From Octopus sinensis (Eukaryota), in NCBI RefSeq assembly GCF_006345805.1, contig NC_043022.1:2790001-2854000 (forward strand): DNA of 64,000 nucleotides, written 5' to 3'. The notes under the pieces were generated by a model, which did no database searches, was not told the origin of the DNA, and saw only the letters and a program-made list of their open reading frames with translations. The position numbers and the translations under genes were made by a program. How positions within the stretch are numbered: the stretch's first letter is position 1; each line of letters starts with the position of its first letter. Positions 24,634 through 36,869 of the stretch are shown here, piece by piece.

Positions 24634-24679
24634 GACACCTGATGAAGGCTGGAGGGTATATCAGCCGAAATGTTGTGTT
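24634..24679 (+). ncRNA. Minimal hammerhead ribozyme motif (PLE-type); antisense copy within 24302-24457
   Basis: Stem I GACAC/GTGTT; CTGATGA 24639-24645 plus one unpaired A; stem II GGCTG/CAGCC; GAAA 24667-24670; 1-bp stem III with TG loop (probably decayed from ACGT); GUU triplet. Confidence 0.6.
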
Positions 24680-25559
24680 AACAACAAACAAGATGAGGAC
24701 AAATATCCGTCAAATGTAAATAAGATTTTGGTAAAAAAAAACCTTGTAGAATACTATGCAAAGCCTGTCCACAGTTATTGGCTACCTGGTGTCATCATAC
24801 AGTAGAAACACAATTGCTACAGGATATAGATCAGGAATTCCATAGTATCAGTAGAGTGTATATGAGATTAGAGGTGTGTTGCAACAGTAGAATCTTTGTT
24901 TTAAACCAACGTACAAACCAGACCAGCTACAGGACAGGTTCACTGCCATTATGTTCTTGCTTTGCGGCTTTCCGTTTATATTGTTTTTATTTTTCCCTCC
25001 ATTATAACCAGATGATATTGTTACATTTCCCTTGCTTCTTAAAGAGAAATAACATTTTCACCCAACACCCAGCTACCCACCCACCAGTTCTTCGCTTCAG
25101 GCTGATCCAAATTCACTCCTACTTTGTTTCTTCTCCCAGTTTGGCTCCTACAAAGTTTGGCCACTAACACGGTTTTCGTTGCTGCATTTTTCATTATTAA
25201 CCTTTTTTTTTAATTGAATACAGTTTAAGTTAATGATGTCGCTCTATTTGATTAAAGCCGATCCAACCATGTCATTCTAGAAATAAGCAATCATATTGTC
25301 AGCATCTTGAAGTTTCAAGATGATGCTTGATTAATTCAAAATCAATCAGAATAAATAAGTATTACCTTTAAAAGAAACTAATCTGAATGGTAAAGGGGTC
25401 AATCGGTCATATCCAGCCCAAATATTCTTCCCGTTTTATGTTTAAACTGGCTATGTCCAGCCTCTCACACCTACCCTACAATGTCATTCTAAAAATATAC
25501 AATCACATCAGTGAAATCTCAAAGCTAAGAGATAATCCATGATTAATTCAAACAATAAT

Positions 25560-25935
25560 AAGAAGAGCACTCAGAGAGTGCAAACCTCCGCCAAGGCAAC
25601 ACCAACGTCCTCTCAATGATTAGCTGGAGATTATTTTTAAAATGGGAATATCTGAAATAAACTCAATTGCTCTCACAAACGAGAATACTAAAAATGAACC
25701 CGGCTGCTCTCAGAAATTAAGTGAAAAAGAAAACAGGAAAAATAATCCAGAATCCTTGTCTGGTAGAGGATCAATCCCAAAATTTAATCAGTTTATGCCA
25801 GTCACAAGGCCGAACATCCCTGAAAGTTTCATCTGAATCCATCCAGGGGGTCTTGAGATATCTTGTTTACAGACAAACAAACACACAAACATGACTGAAA
25901 ACAATACCTGCGCCTTTGCTAAGGTGGAAGTAATC
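25560..25935 (+). mobile_element. Probable HINE/DINE-like element inserted in a TTAA MITE
   Basis: Sub-terminal AACCTCCGCCAAGGC and a 3' TACCTGCGCC-TTTGCT-AAGGTGGAAGTA stem-loop; MITE sequence resumes on both sides. Confidence 0.45.
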
Positions 25936-27879
25936 AATAAGCTTTACATTTGACAGAATAATCTGGATGGTAAATGGTTGACCCTTTGGCATTTAAACTG
26001 GCCAAATGTTCAAACCAGACAGATCCAGCCTGTCCTACATATCGTTTAGTGTCTCATTGTGAAAATAAAGCAATTAGCTCAAAGCCATGAGATAATGCAT
26101 GATCAATTGAAAACGATGGGAATAAACAAGGATTATGTTTGATGGAGGAGTCTGAACGGTGGAGGGTTAAACCAACCGTATCTGGCCGAAATGTTCTGCT
26201 TGTTTTATGTTTAAACCAGCTAGATCTGGCCTCTTACGCTATCCTTACAATGTCATTCTAAAAGTAAAAAATTACATTATTGAAATAATGCAGGATTCAA
26301 AACAATGTGAAGAAATATTGCATTTGATAGAGTAACTTTGGTGATGGCACCATATGATGAGGAATTCACCTGTAAACTGAAGAGGAATTTTCCAATGTTA
26401 AAAGTTAAATCTCGAAATAGAACTGATGGTAAACAACTCTCAAGGCCTTTTTAACATCTCAAATGTTGAGAATCAGCCAAATTCTAACTCTCACACACAC
26501 ACATCTATATAAACTGCTGGGGGGGGGGTTTGGTAGATTTATATATTTATATTGTACCCTTGTCTTGGTGCTTTTACTAGCTCCAGCCTGTCGGTTGGAT
26601 CAGTTCCATATTGTTTTTGACCAAATCTTTCTCAAGGATTTCCTTGATAAATAAGAATTATTTGCAGAAACTAAATACCGTTTTCCACCCCCCTTATTTC
26701 AATTAAATGTAATAACAGTATTTCCTGTTTTAGACATTTAATATAAACGATAATGTTTTTTTTTATTTTTAAACTCTGTGTGTGTGTGTGTGTGTTAATA
26801 TCCAAGTACTGAAGTTTACCTGGATGTCTAAGCTCGTGTATTTGTCTTCACGTAAAGCTGGGCTGTCAGTTTACTTGGCAACCTCACTGGTGCTGGTGCT
26901 ACGTAAAAAGCACCAGTATACTCTATAAAGTGGTCGGCTCTAGGAAGGGCATCCAGCTGTAGGAACCACATGGAAACGAATACCGGAGCTCAGTGCAATC
27001 CTCTGACTCACCAGATCCTATTCAAACCATCTGGCTCATCATGGAAGACGGATGTTAAATGATGATATTAATGGTGGAGACGTTAGCACGCCGGGCGAAA
27101 TGCTTTGCGATATTTCGCCTGCCGCTACGTTCTGAGTTCAAATTCTACCGAGGTCGACTTTGCTTTCATCCTTTGGGGGTCGATAAATTAAGTACCAGTT
27201 ACGCACTGGGGTTGATGTAATCGACTTAATCCGTTTGTCTGTCCTTGTTTGTCCTCTCTGTGTTTAGCCCCTTGTGGGTCGTAAAGAAATAGGTATTAAT
27301 GGTGTGTGTGGAAATAGATTCAGTGGGAAACTGAATTCTAAAGACGTTAAAAAGATGGTGATCAAAAGTTCCAGTATTTCGGTGGTGTTGATTTGTTTAA
27401 TCATGTTGCTGTCTCTTTGTCTTGATATCACATGATCGTTGTAAATGAGTGTCACTGTTATACAAGCGGTGTCGTTCATTTTCTCAGTTCTGCTGGTTGC
27501 GGGATTCCCAGAACGTTTGACAATACTGACATTTTTTCCAGCCATCTTGCAAACATCTGAACCACTCGTGCTCTTGTGTGCGTCTCATACACTCCTCTCC
27601 AAACACTTTCTGCAACTTTGTGTCGACCTCTGAGCAGGTATCACCATGGCATCTTTCTCTGTCCTGGCCAATGCAATGATCACACGCTACACACCTTCCT
27701 TCCAGGCACTGCTGTAAACAGCAGAAGTGAGGTAGAATGTTAAAACTTGCTGTGCATGGACAACAGTGTTGAAGGTCAATTTTTGCCAAGCAGCTTCACT
27801 CTGTGTGCTTTAGCTTCGTTACTATGGCAACAGTCCTGATACTTATTGATCCGACCTCATATATTGGGATGTTTATACT

Positions 27880-28262
27880 CTTACTCTTTACTCTTTTACT
27901 TGTTTCATTTGACTGTGGCCATGCTGGAGCACCGCCTTTAATTGAGCAACTCGACCCCGGGACTTATTCTATCGGTCTCTTTTGCCGAACCGCTAAGTGA
28001 CAGGGACATAAACACACCAGCATCGGTTGTCAAGCAATGCTAGGGGGACAAAAACAGACACACAAACACACACACACATATATATATATACATATATATG
28101 ACGGGCTTCTTTCAGTTTCCGTCTACCAAATCCACTCACAAGGCTTTGGTCGGCCCGAGGCTATAGTAGAAGACACTTGCCCAAGGTGCCACGCAGTGGA
28201 ACTGAACCCGGTACCATGTGGTTGGTTAGCAAGCTACTTACCACACAGCCACTCCTGTGCCT
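27880..28262 (-). mobile_element. CORE-type SINE. Other copies at ~12257-12612(+), 12750-13110(-), 17965-18295(-), 22700-23078(+), 31689-32031(+), 33718-33876(+), 34821-35401(+), 36664-37241(+), 58628-58997(-), 62393-62780(+)
   Basis: Same head, CORE and tail motifs. Confidence 0.85.
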
Positions 28263-30210
28263 CGTATATTGGGATGTTTATGTTTTTTTTTTACTGTGGA
28301 ACTCAGATATATCCAATCCAAATTTCATTGGCCTTTTACTGCAGAAGGCAGTTTTATCTATCAATCTATCTTTTATTGAGAAATATCATGTTTGAAACTA
28401 TTTTCTGTTGAGATGTGTCGAGTTTATGGAGGCAGCATGACTTGCAGAAGATGCCAATTCCCTCCCCTTTTCTCTTTTGTAAATATTCACCATCGTTACT
28501 GGAACAATCGGGAAATTTAATTTTGCAGTTAAAGGGTTAAATGATATTATATAACACGGCGGCGAGCTGGCAGAAACGTTAGCACGCCGGGCGAAATGCG
28601 CAGCCGTTTTTCGTCTGTCGTTACGTTCTGAGTTCAAATTCCGCCGAGGTTGACTTTGCCTTTCATCCTTTCAGGGTCGATAAATAAAGTACCAGTTACG
28701 CACTGGGGTCGATATAATCGACTTAATCCCTTTGTCTGTCCTTGTTTGTCCCCTCTATGTTTAGCCCCTTGTGGGTAGTAAAGAAATAGATTTTATATAA
28801 CCATGCTAAGGCGGCAAGCTGGCAGAATCCTTAGCACACCGGGTAAAATGCTTAGCGGTATTTTGTCTGTCCTTACATTCTGAGTTCAAATTCTGCCACG
28901 GTCGACTTTGCCTTTCTCCCTTTTTGGGGTCGATAAATTAAGTACAAGTGAAACAGTGGGGTCAATGTAATTGACCAGTCTCCTCCCAGCAAATTTCTGG
29001 CCCTGTACCTTTAGTAGAAAAGATTATTATTATTATTTAGTAGAAAAGATTATTATTATTATTATTATGCACGTAAAAGCACCATCCGCTCGTGTCCGTT
29101 GCCAGCCTCGCCTGGCCCCCGTGCCGGTGGCACGTAAAAGCACCATCCGTTCATGGCCGTTTGCCAGCTCCGTCTGGCACCTGTGCGGGTGGTATGTAAA
29201 AAGCACCCACTACACTCACAGAGTGGTTGGCGTTAGGAAGGGCATCCAGCCGTAGAAACACTGCCTGATCTGACTGGACCTGATGTAGCCTTAAGGCTTC
29301 ACAGACCCCAGTTGAACCGTCCAACCCATGCTAGCATGGAAAACGAACGCTAAATGATGATGATGATTATTATTATTATTATTATTATTAAAGATGGGAA
29401 TCTGGCAGAATTGTTAGCACGCTGGGCAAAATGCTTAGTGGTGTTTTGTCCGTTTTTACATTCTGAGTTCAAATTTCATCAGGGCCAACTTTGCCTTTTG
29501 TCCTTTTGGGGCTTTGGTAAAATAAGTATCGGTTAAGCGGTGGGGTAATCAACTTTTATACTTCTTTGAAGTTGCTGGCTTTGTGCCTAAATTTGAAACT
29601 GATATCAGACACACATAGTTTCCTCCAGTCTTTTACTGTGGGAATCCGATATGTCCATCTCCAAATTTCATTCCCCTTAACTGTCGCGGGGCAATTTACC
29701 AATCTGTCTTTTGTTGAGGAATCCAAATTTGAAACCATTTTCTATTGAAATATGTCCAGTTTATTGAGGCTTGCAGAAAATTCCAATTCTAATTTTTGGT
29801 AAATATTTTAGCATAATTACCAGAATAATCATGAAATTTAATTTTACAGTTAAAGGGTGAAGGTTGTTTGTTATTTTTGTTGTTTGCATCGTATACGGAA
29901 CTGTCCAAGATCCAACAATACCAAAAGGTCTTGTGTTATTTTCAGTGAAAAATACCAGCAGACGAGTTGTATGAATTTCCACAGTGGTGGGACAGGGTGG
30001 AGGGGCTGACAAGATACAGTTTTGTTGTTGTTGTTAACCTTTGTTGTTGTTTTCACTCTCTCTTTCTCTCAAAGCTCATTTGAAACTCTACTGCTTCTCT
30101 CTTTGTCTAAGGTTGTATCGTTTCTATTAAGGAATTTGCAAGTTTCTTGCTAAACGACTTACCTCGTTAAATACCTAACTGATAATGAACATTTTGTTGT
30201 CTGTTTCCAG

Positions 30211-30407
30211 GCATCCCTGCCTGAATCGTCTGGGAGTGGGGAGCCTCACTCGCTGGGACACTGCAGCAATGCAGCTTCTGACGTCAGCTGGGAGCATATA
30301 GATGAAAAGGACTCTAAAATGACCCTTTGGGTGCCAGACCATGCAGTGACCCACTGTGCTGGGTGTGAAGCTGCCTTCTGGTTTGTGAGGCGTAAACACC
30401 ACTGTCG
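30211..30407 (+). CDS. MTMR3: Coding exon of MTMR3/4-like gene: N-terminal half of FYVE domain (phase 0/2)
   Basis: Acceptor ctgtttccAG (30209-30210) and donor GTAAGC at 30408. Translation ASLPESSGSGEPHSLGHCSNAASDVSWEHIDEKDSKMTLWVPDHAVTHCAGCEAAFWFVRRKHHC(R) contains the FYVE WxxD and R(R/K)HHCR motifs and the MTMR3/4-type SWE.(I/V)D..D..MT.W segment. This ORF is missing from the ORF track. Confidence 0.93.
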
Positions 30408-32390
30408 GTAAGCTATGTTACCTGCCATGCTATTCAACAATTTCTACGAACCTAATCCAGGAGTTTGTGTCTGCCTTTGGTTAATAACTAACTCAGCTCA
30501 CTTGTTTTTAAATGTATTTTGCTTCTGTTCGGGATAAGTACACACACCATATTGCAATTAACACAAAGAAAATAGGTAATGCTTTGATTTTTTTAGAGTC
30601 GTTCACTCCTGTCTTGCTAGTTTTTCTTTTGTCTGTTCTCTTTAACTTTTCCTGTGACACAGGACCGCTCTGCTCACCAGTCAGTCAATTCTGAAATGTA
30701 TGATATCACAAGAATCATACTAACCTTGTTGACATTCATTTCAAAGAAAGTTTTAAAAAATAAGAGAGAAAAAAAACAAACTTTCTCATGCAAGGGAGAC
30801 AACCCTTGTCCCTTCTGTCATTCATTACCTGTTCTGTATTGATACCATTACAAGACAGATTTTGACTTTGAAAATTTTCAGCAAGTTGTTATGAGTTAAA
30901 TCTCCATCAGCTTTAATCATAAACTAACTATATTTCATGCTCGGAGCTGTCTTTATAGGTTTCTGTAAACTTCAATTCTTCCTCTTTCTGCTGACAAGCA
31001 GGGAAGCTATCTGTGAGGGATTAACATCCTACCCTGCGGAGATTTATCTCTCATCTTATTTAATGCTACAGGAAGCCAAAGCTAAAATATTGGCCACGTA
31101 GTTTCTTGGGAAAATATCTGAAGTTAATCTCTTTGAAATCCCCAAGTTTTCATGAGTAAAATATATTTCAGATCATCATCATCGTTTAACGTCCATTTTC
31201 CATGCTAGCATGGGTTGGACGGATCGACTGGAGTTTGGGAAACCAGGAGGCTGCACGAGGCTCCAGTCTGATCTGGCAGTGTTTCTACAGGTGGGTGCCC
31301 TTCCTAACGCCAACCACTCCGAGAGTGCATGTAGTGGGTGCTTTTTATGTGCCACCAGCACAGGAGCCAGAGGAGGCTGGCAATGGCCACGATCGGTTGA
31401 TGCTTTTTACGTGCCACTGGCATGGAAGCCTGCCAAGGCAGCGCTGGCATCGGCGACGTTTGGATGGTGCTTTTTACGCGTCACTGGCATGGGGATCACA
31501 ACTACAATTACATACATACACACAGTAGCCATTTTGGTCTCCCTGTGTGTTTTTTTGGGGTTTGGGGGGGGGGGGTTCCATTCAGTCATCCATGCCTGAA
31601 TGAGCCAGCTTTCTGTCAGAAGCTTGTGAAACTTTGTTACATGGAGCCAAATCAAACTGTGTTAAATAATAATAATAATGATGATGTATACGCAGGAGTG
31701 GCTGTGTGGTAAGTAGCTTGTTCCGGGTTCAGTCCCACTGCGTGACATCTTGGGCAAGTGTCTTCTGCTATAGCCCCGGGCCGACCAATGCCTTGAAAGA
31801 AGCCCGTCGTATATATATATATATATGTATATGTATGTGTGTGTGTTTGTCCCCCTAGCATTGCTTGACAACCGATGCTGGTGTGTTTACGTCTCCGTCA
31901 CTTAGCGGTTCGGCAAAAGAGACTGATAGAATAAGTACTGGGTTTACAAAGCATAAGTCCCGGGGTCGATTTGCTCGACTAAAGGCGGTGCTCCAGCATG
32001 GCCGCAGTCAAATGACTGAAACAAGTAAAAGTGAATATATAATAATGGACTCTTCCATTATTAGACGATGTATGAGTTTTTGACAATTTCTTGCTGAACA
32101 ACCACAGAAATGATTTGTTTTATAGGGATCAAATGTTTGTGTAGAGATAAGCTCACTCCTTCCATCAGATTGACATTACCTGTACAGGTGCAACTGGGTG
32201 CCACATGTCAGATGTCAAAATGATCGCAGAGCAACATGAATATGAAGTGCTTTGCTCAAGAACGCAATGCAACGCCCAGTCTGGGAATCGAACCCACGAT
32301 TTTGCAATCGTGAGTGCAATACCCTAACCACTAAGCCATGGATATAAGGATCCAAGTAATCCGATGTTACTCATGAAAGAAGCTCTTTAA

Positions 32391-32603
32391 CCCTTCAAAC
32401 CGGCCATATCTGGCCAAAATATTTAACCTGTTTTATATTGAAACTGACCAGATCTCGCCTCTCACCTCAGCCCTACCATCTCATTCTAAAACTAAAAAAT
32501 CACATCACTGAAATCTCTAAACTACAAGATAATGCATGATTAATTCAAAACAAAATAAATAAACAAACATGACATTTGACAGAATAATCTGAACACTAAA
32601 GGG
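32391..32603. mobile_element. TTAA-flanked MITE. Related, often partial, copies near 3945-4120, 4968-5335, 25230-26340
   Basis: TTAA|CCCTT ... AAAGGG|TTAA. Confidence 0.7.
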
Positions 32604-32607
32604 TTAA

Positions 32608-32915
32608 CCCCTTACCCGGCAGAAACGAATATATGCGTTTTGACCGAAATGGTTTTTTTCTATCTCTGGCGAGTTAACTCGTCAAAAGATAGACTCGCCA
32701 AAATCGACAGCAAACGAGTTCCTTCGTCTAAAAACGGGTTAACTCGTTTCTGCCCAAAGCGGTAATTTAAAATCAATATTATTGAATTAAAATTCATAAT
32801 AAATAAGGTTTGAAATATACCTCGAAATCACCATTCAAAACATAGTAAAATAAAACAATTAAAAAATAGGTCTGAAAAAATACATTTATTTTCAAAATAA
32901 TTGTTGGGTAAGGGG
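32608..32915. mobile_element. piggyBac-type MITE, 308 bp, sharing the TTAA at 32604-32607 with the previous MITE
   Basis: TTAA|CCCCTTACCC ... GGGTAAGGGG|TTAA. Confidence 0.88.
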
Positions 32916-34347
32916 TTAATGTATCATTCTACAAAACGTATAGAATATATCGTACGAAAGAAGAGAAAGCAATAAGGAGTGTATAAAGTCATGAATGGCA
33001 GTGAAACATTTTGATGAGAATCTATTTAACAATAAGTAAATTCTAATGTCATGACAAATTGTTTCGTAACTGAAAAGCATGTAAGTAATTTATATCATAT
33101 TTAATAATCAATTTCTTACATGTCTGCATTAATGCAAAATGCATAAAATCTTTCGTAATAATGATATAAATTATTTTCATGTTTTCAAGTTATGAAACAA
33201 TTTGTTGTGATATTTCAATTTTCTTATCGTTAAACAAAATTTCGTCAAACTGTTTTTGTCATTTATGACTCTGTGTGTGTATGTTTGTGTGTGTGTAGTA
33301 CTCTCTCTGTATGTCTTCCCAATTTTATTTCTCCGTCTCTGGAATTCAGGAACTGACTATTGTCTGGAATTTCCTCTATGTTGTTATTACACTTAGAGGA
33401 TTGGTTCCAAAACGACACACAAGTTTTAAGACTTCAAATAATAATAATAATAACAAGAAAGAGAGGTGGAGGGGGTTCGTGAATTATAGAAATTGCTTGT
33501 CAGCCTTGATGGCTGGTAGAGAAACTTAATGATAAATACTAAAAGTCTTTGCTGTCCTGGGTCTAGTCCCTGGTTGAACCCTGTTTGCATGGAAGCCAGT
33601 TGGATCTGGCCCCAAAGTAGTCTCTGCTTGTGTTACATGTGACAGGGTAATCTCAATGCTGAAAGGTTAATGTGAATTTTATAGATTAATGTAGTATAAT
33701 AAAATCAATAATCTTTTACTGGTGTGTTTACGTCCCCGTCACTTAGCAGTTCGGCAAAAGAGACCAATAGAATAAGTACTGGGCTTACAAAGAATAAAGT
33801 CCCGGGGTCGATTTGCTCGACTAAAGGCGGTGCTCCAGCATGGCCGCAGTCAAATGACTGAAACAAGTAAAAGAGTTGGTGATAAGCTGTTCTTGAGGAG
33901 ACTTGTCAGGCCAAGTGAAATTGTAGTTGTGGCCAGTGTCGGTGACCCATAAAAGGCATCCATACTGGTGACGTGTATAAGGCAGCCGCTACACTCTTGG
34001 AGTGGTTGGCATGTTATGAAGGGCATCCAGTTGTAGAAACCAAACCAAAATCGTATTGGAACGTGGTGCAGCTCTCCAGCTTACCAGTTCCAGTTTAACC
34101 CATGCCAGCATGGAAAGCGGATGCTAAATGATAACGATGTACCCCTGCAGAGCATTGATGACACTGAAATGAAAAGCTTCCTCATGAAGCACAAATCTGC
34201 TTTGCTGCTCTTGTCCAATCAGCTCCTAATATTCTCCATCCATTGCATTCTTTGCTTATCTCTTCTTCTCCTACCCTCTGCGCTTCCTTCCATGATAATG
34301 TTTTCCAAACCTCTGCCTTCTTCAAATATGCTTAACTTTTATAAAGA

Positions 34348-34727
34348 ACTAGCAGTATCGCCCGGCGTTGCTTGGGTTTGTAAGGGAAATAACTATATAA
34401 GCATTTTTAGAGAGTTATAGCCAAAAAAATGCATTAAAAATGGAAAAAAAATTATGGTAAATTTTTTTTTAAATCGTTGACTCATCGTAGACATTTTTAG
34501 AGAGTTACTTCCCTTATATAATAGCGAAAAAAATGCATTAAAATGGAAAAAAATGATGGTAAATTTTTTTTTAAATCGTAGACTCATGCTAATACCCAGA
34601 AGGGCTCGATATGAATCACGACTATAAGATACCCGGTTTTGGTTACACTGCACCGCAAAATGTGGGAGTAGTGAGGAATCTAAATCGTAGGAGACAGACA
34701 CACAACCTTTCTTTTATATATAAAGAT
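34348..34727 (+). mobile_element. Helitron/Helentron-associated (HINE-like) non-autonomous element; inverted copies at 35701-35992 and 37542-37835
   Basis: 5' ACTAG..CGCCCGGCGTTGCTTGGG hairpin, an internal ~90-bp tandem duplication and a 3' TTTTATATATAAAGAT end. The architecture resembles Lep1/DINE-type elements (from memory). Confidence 0.55.
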
Positions 34728-34963
34728 ATCCATATCGGACAGGTTACCAATCAACCGTTGAATTGTATTTCCGTTGACTGTAGATGAAATAAAAGGTTGC
34801 TGATTTATTTTTATATACAACAGGTGCAGGAGTGGCTGTGTGGTTAGTAGCTTGTTTACCAACCACATGGTTCCGGGTTCAGTCCCACTGTGTGGCACCT
34901 TGGGCAAGTGTCTTCTACTATACCCTCAGGCCGACCAAAGCCTTGTGAGTGGATTTGGTAGAC

Positions 34964-34993
34964 GGAAACTGAAAGAAGCCCATCATATATATG

Positions 34994-35025
<32 letters not shown>

Positions 35026-36831
35026 CCGGAGTAAACACATAAATGTGAAACAAGGTGGAAAAAAGAGTACTCAAATACCAGTGGTAGAGTAATATGCTTT
35101 ATTTAAAACAGCAGAAAATTCAACAAAACCTGAAACTCAGAGTAACAGGTTTTGTTGAATTTTCTGCTGCTTTAAATAAAGTATATGTGTGTGTGTGTTT
35201 GCGTGTCTGTATTTGTCCCCCCAACATCGCTTGACAACCGATGCTGGTGTGTTTATGTCCCCGTTACTTAGCGGTTCGGCAAAGAGACCAATAGAATAAG
35301 TACTGGGCTTACGAAGAATAAGTCCCGGGGTCGAGTTGCTCGACTAAAGGCGGTGCTCCAGCATGGTCGCAGTCAAATGACTGAAACAAGTAAAAGAGTA
35401 ACTCACTCAGCCTTCTTACACACACTGTCTTACAGCAAGTTCTTTCAGTGGTCTTTGTGGTGGCCATGTGGTATACACAAATTAGGGATTAAGAAATACT
35501 GCATAAATTCTCTTACAGCTGTTTCTAGAATAGCTGTGCATGGGTCAGTGAACAAATATTTCCATACGAGCCAACTCATTGGGCCAAAGATACCTTAATC
35601 AAACAAGAATTACGTTGTCGTCAAGGGATCCCATGTTACCTTTTACAATCAGATCTCCTGCAAGTTATCTTTCATCATCAGTGATAAAGAATTAACGAAC
35701 ATCTTTATATGTAAAAGTGAAGTTGTGTGAGTGTCTGTCTCCTATGATTTAGATTCCTAACTACTCCCACATTTTGCGGTGCAGTTTAACCAAAACCGGG
35801 TATCTTATAGTCGTGATTCATATCGAGCCCTTCTGGGTATTAGCGCTCATCTACGATGAGTCTACGATTTTAAAAAGAATTTACCATCATTTTTTTTCCA
35901 TTTTTAATGCATTTTTTTGCTATAACTCTCTAAAAATGCTTATATAGTTATTTCCCTTACAAACCCGAGCAATGCCGGGCGATACTGCTGGTCCCTTATA
36001 AAGGATATTAGTAGTTACCGGTTCCATTGTTGAAGAATTATGGAATATTTTTTGTAAAAGACGATAGTAATCACTAGTTCAAGGAAATGAGATCACCTCT
36101 GGGTTCAATCTGCTCTAAAGGTGGCATTTTGAAAACGGTGAGAGGACACTTAGGAATTGTGATCTAGGCCGAAACACTTGCTTGGTGAGAGTTCTTCTGA
36201 GAATTTCTTCTCCTGTCTGCTTTCTCTTTAATGAGTTTCCTCCTAATTAAAAGCTTTTCTATTTTGCTTGTACGAAATAACAACTAAATATTTGTATGAA
36301 ATATATATGACTTGACGACCTCGTTAATACACCAATAGTTGTCTGTGTTGTATCTGGGATGTGTGAAGCCAAGAGATTGCCCCCTTTTTTTTTTTCTCTT
36401 CTTTTTTTCTTTCTAAGCTGAAATATTCAAATGTATTTGATGTAGAATCAACAACAAAATTCTCACTGTTAAGAAAAATGGTTTCTAAATGACCAGGAAA
36501 ACTTTGAAGGATTGCTTCTGCCCAATGGCAGAATATCTACTTTTTTCCCTTTTTCTATCTGAAACTGTTTTTCAACACAATATTTATATGCTATCATTTA
36601 TAACTTTATCTGCTTCAAGCTCTGCTGTTCCAAAATAAAAAGTACACACACACATATATATGCATGGGTGTGGCTGTGTGGCAAGAAGCTTGCTTCTCAA
36701 CCACATGGTTCTGAGTTCAGTCCCACTGCGTGGCACCTTGGGCAAGTGTCTTCTACTATAGCCTCAGATGTGACCAATTTTTGTAAGTGGATTTGGTAGA
36801 TGGAAACTGAAAGAAGCCCATCATATATATG

Positions 36832-36869
<38 letters not shown>

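Larger units (their letters stand above)
24302..24723. repeat. Imperfect ~150-bp inverted repeat enclosing a tRNA-like head
   Basis: 24302-24457 pairs with 24535-24723, including (TTA)n/(AAT)n and GTTCAG/CTGAAC, with a few substitutions. Confidence 0.92.
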
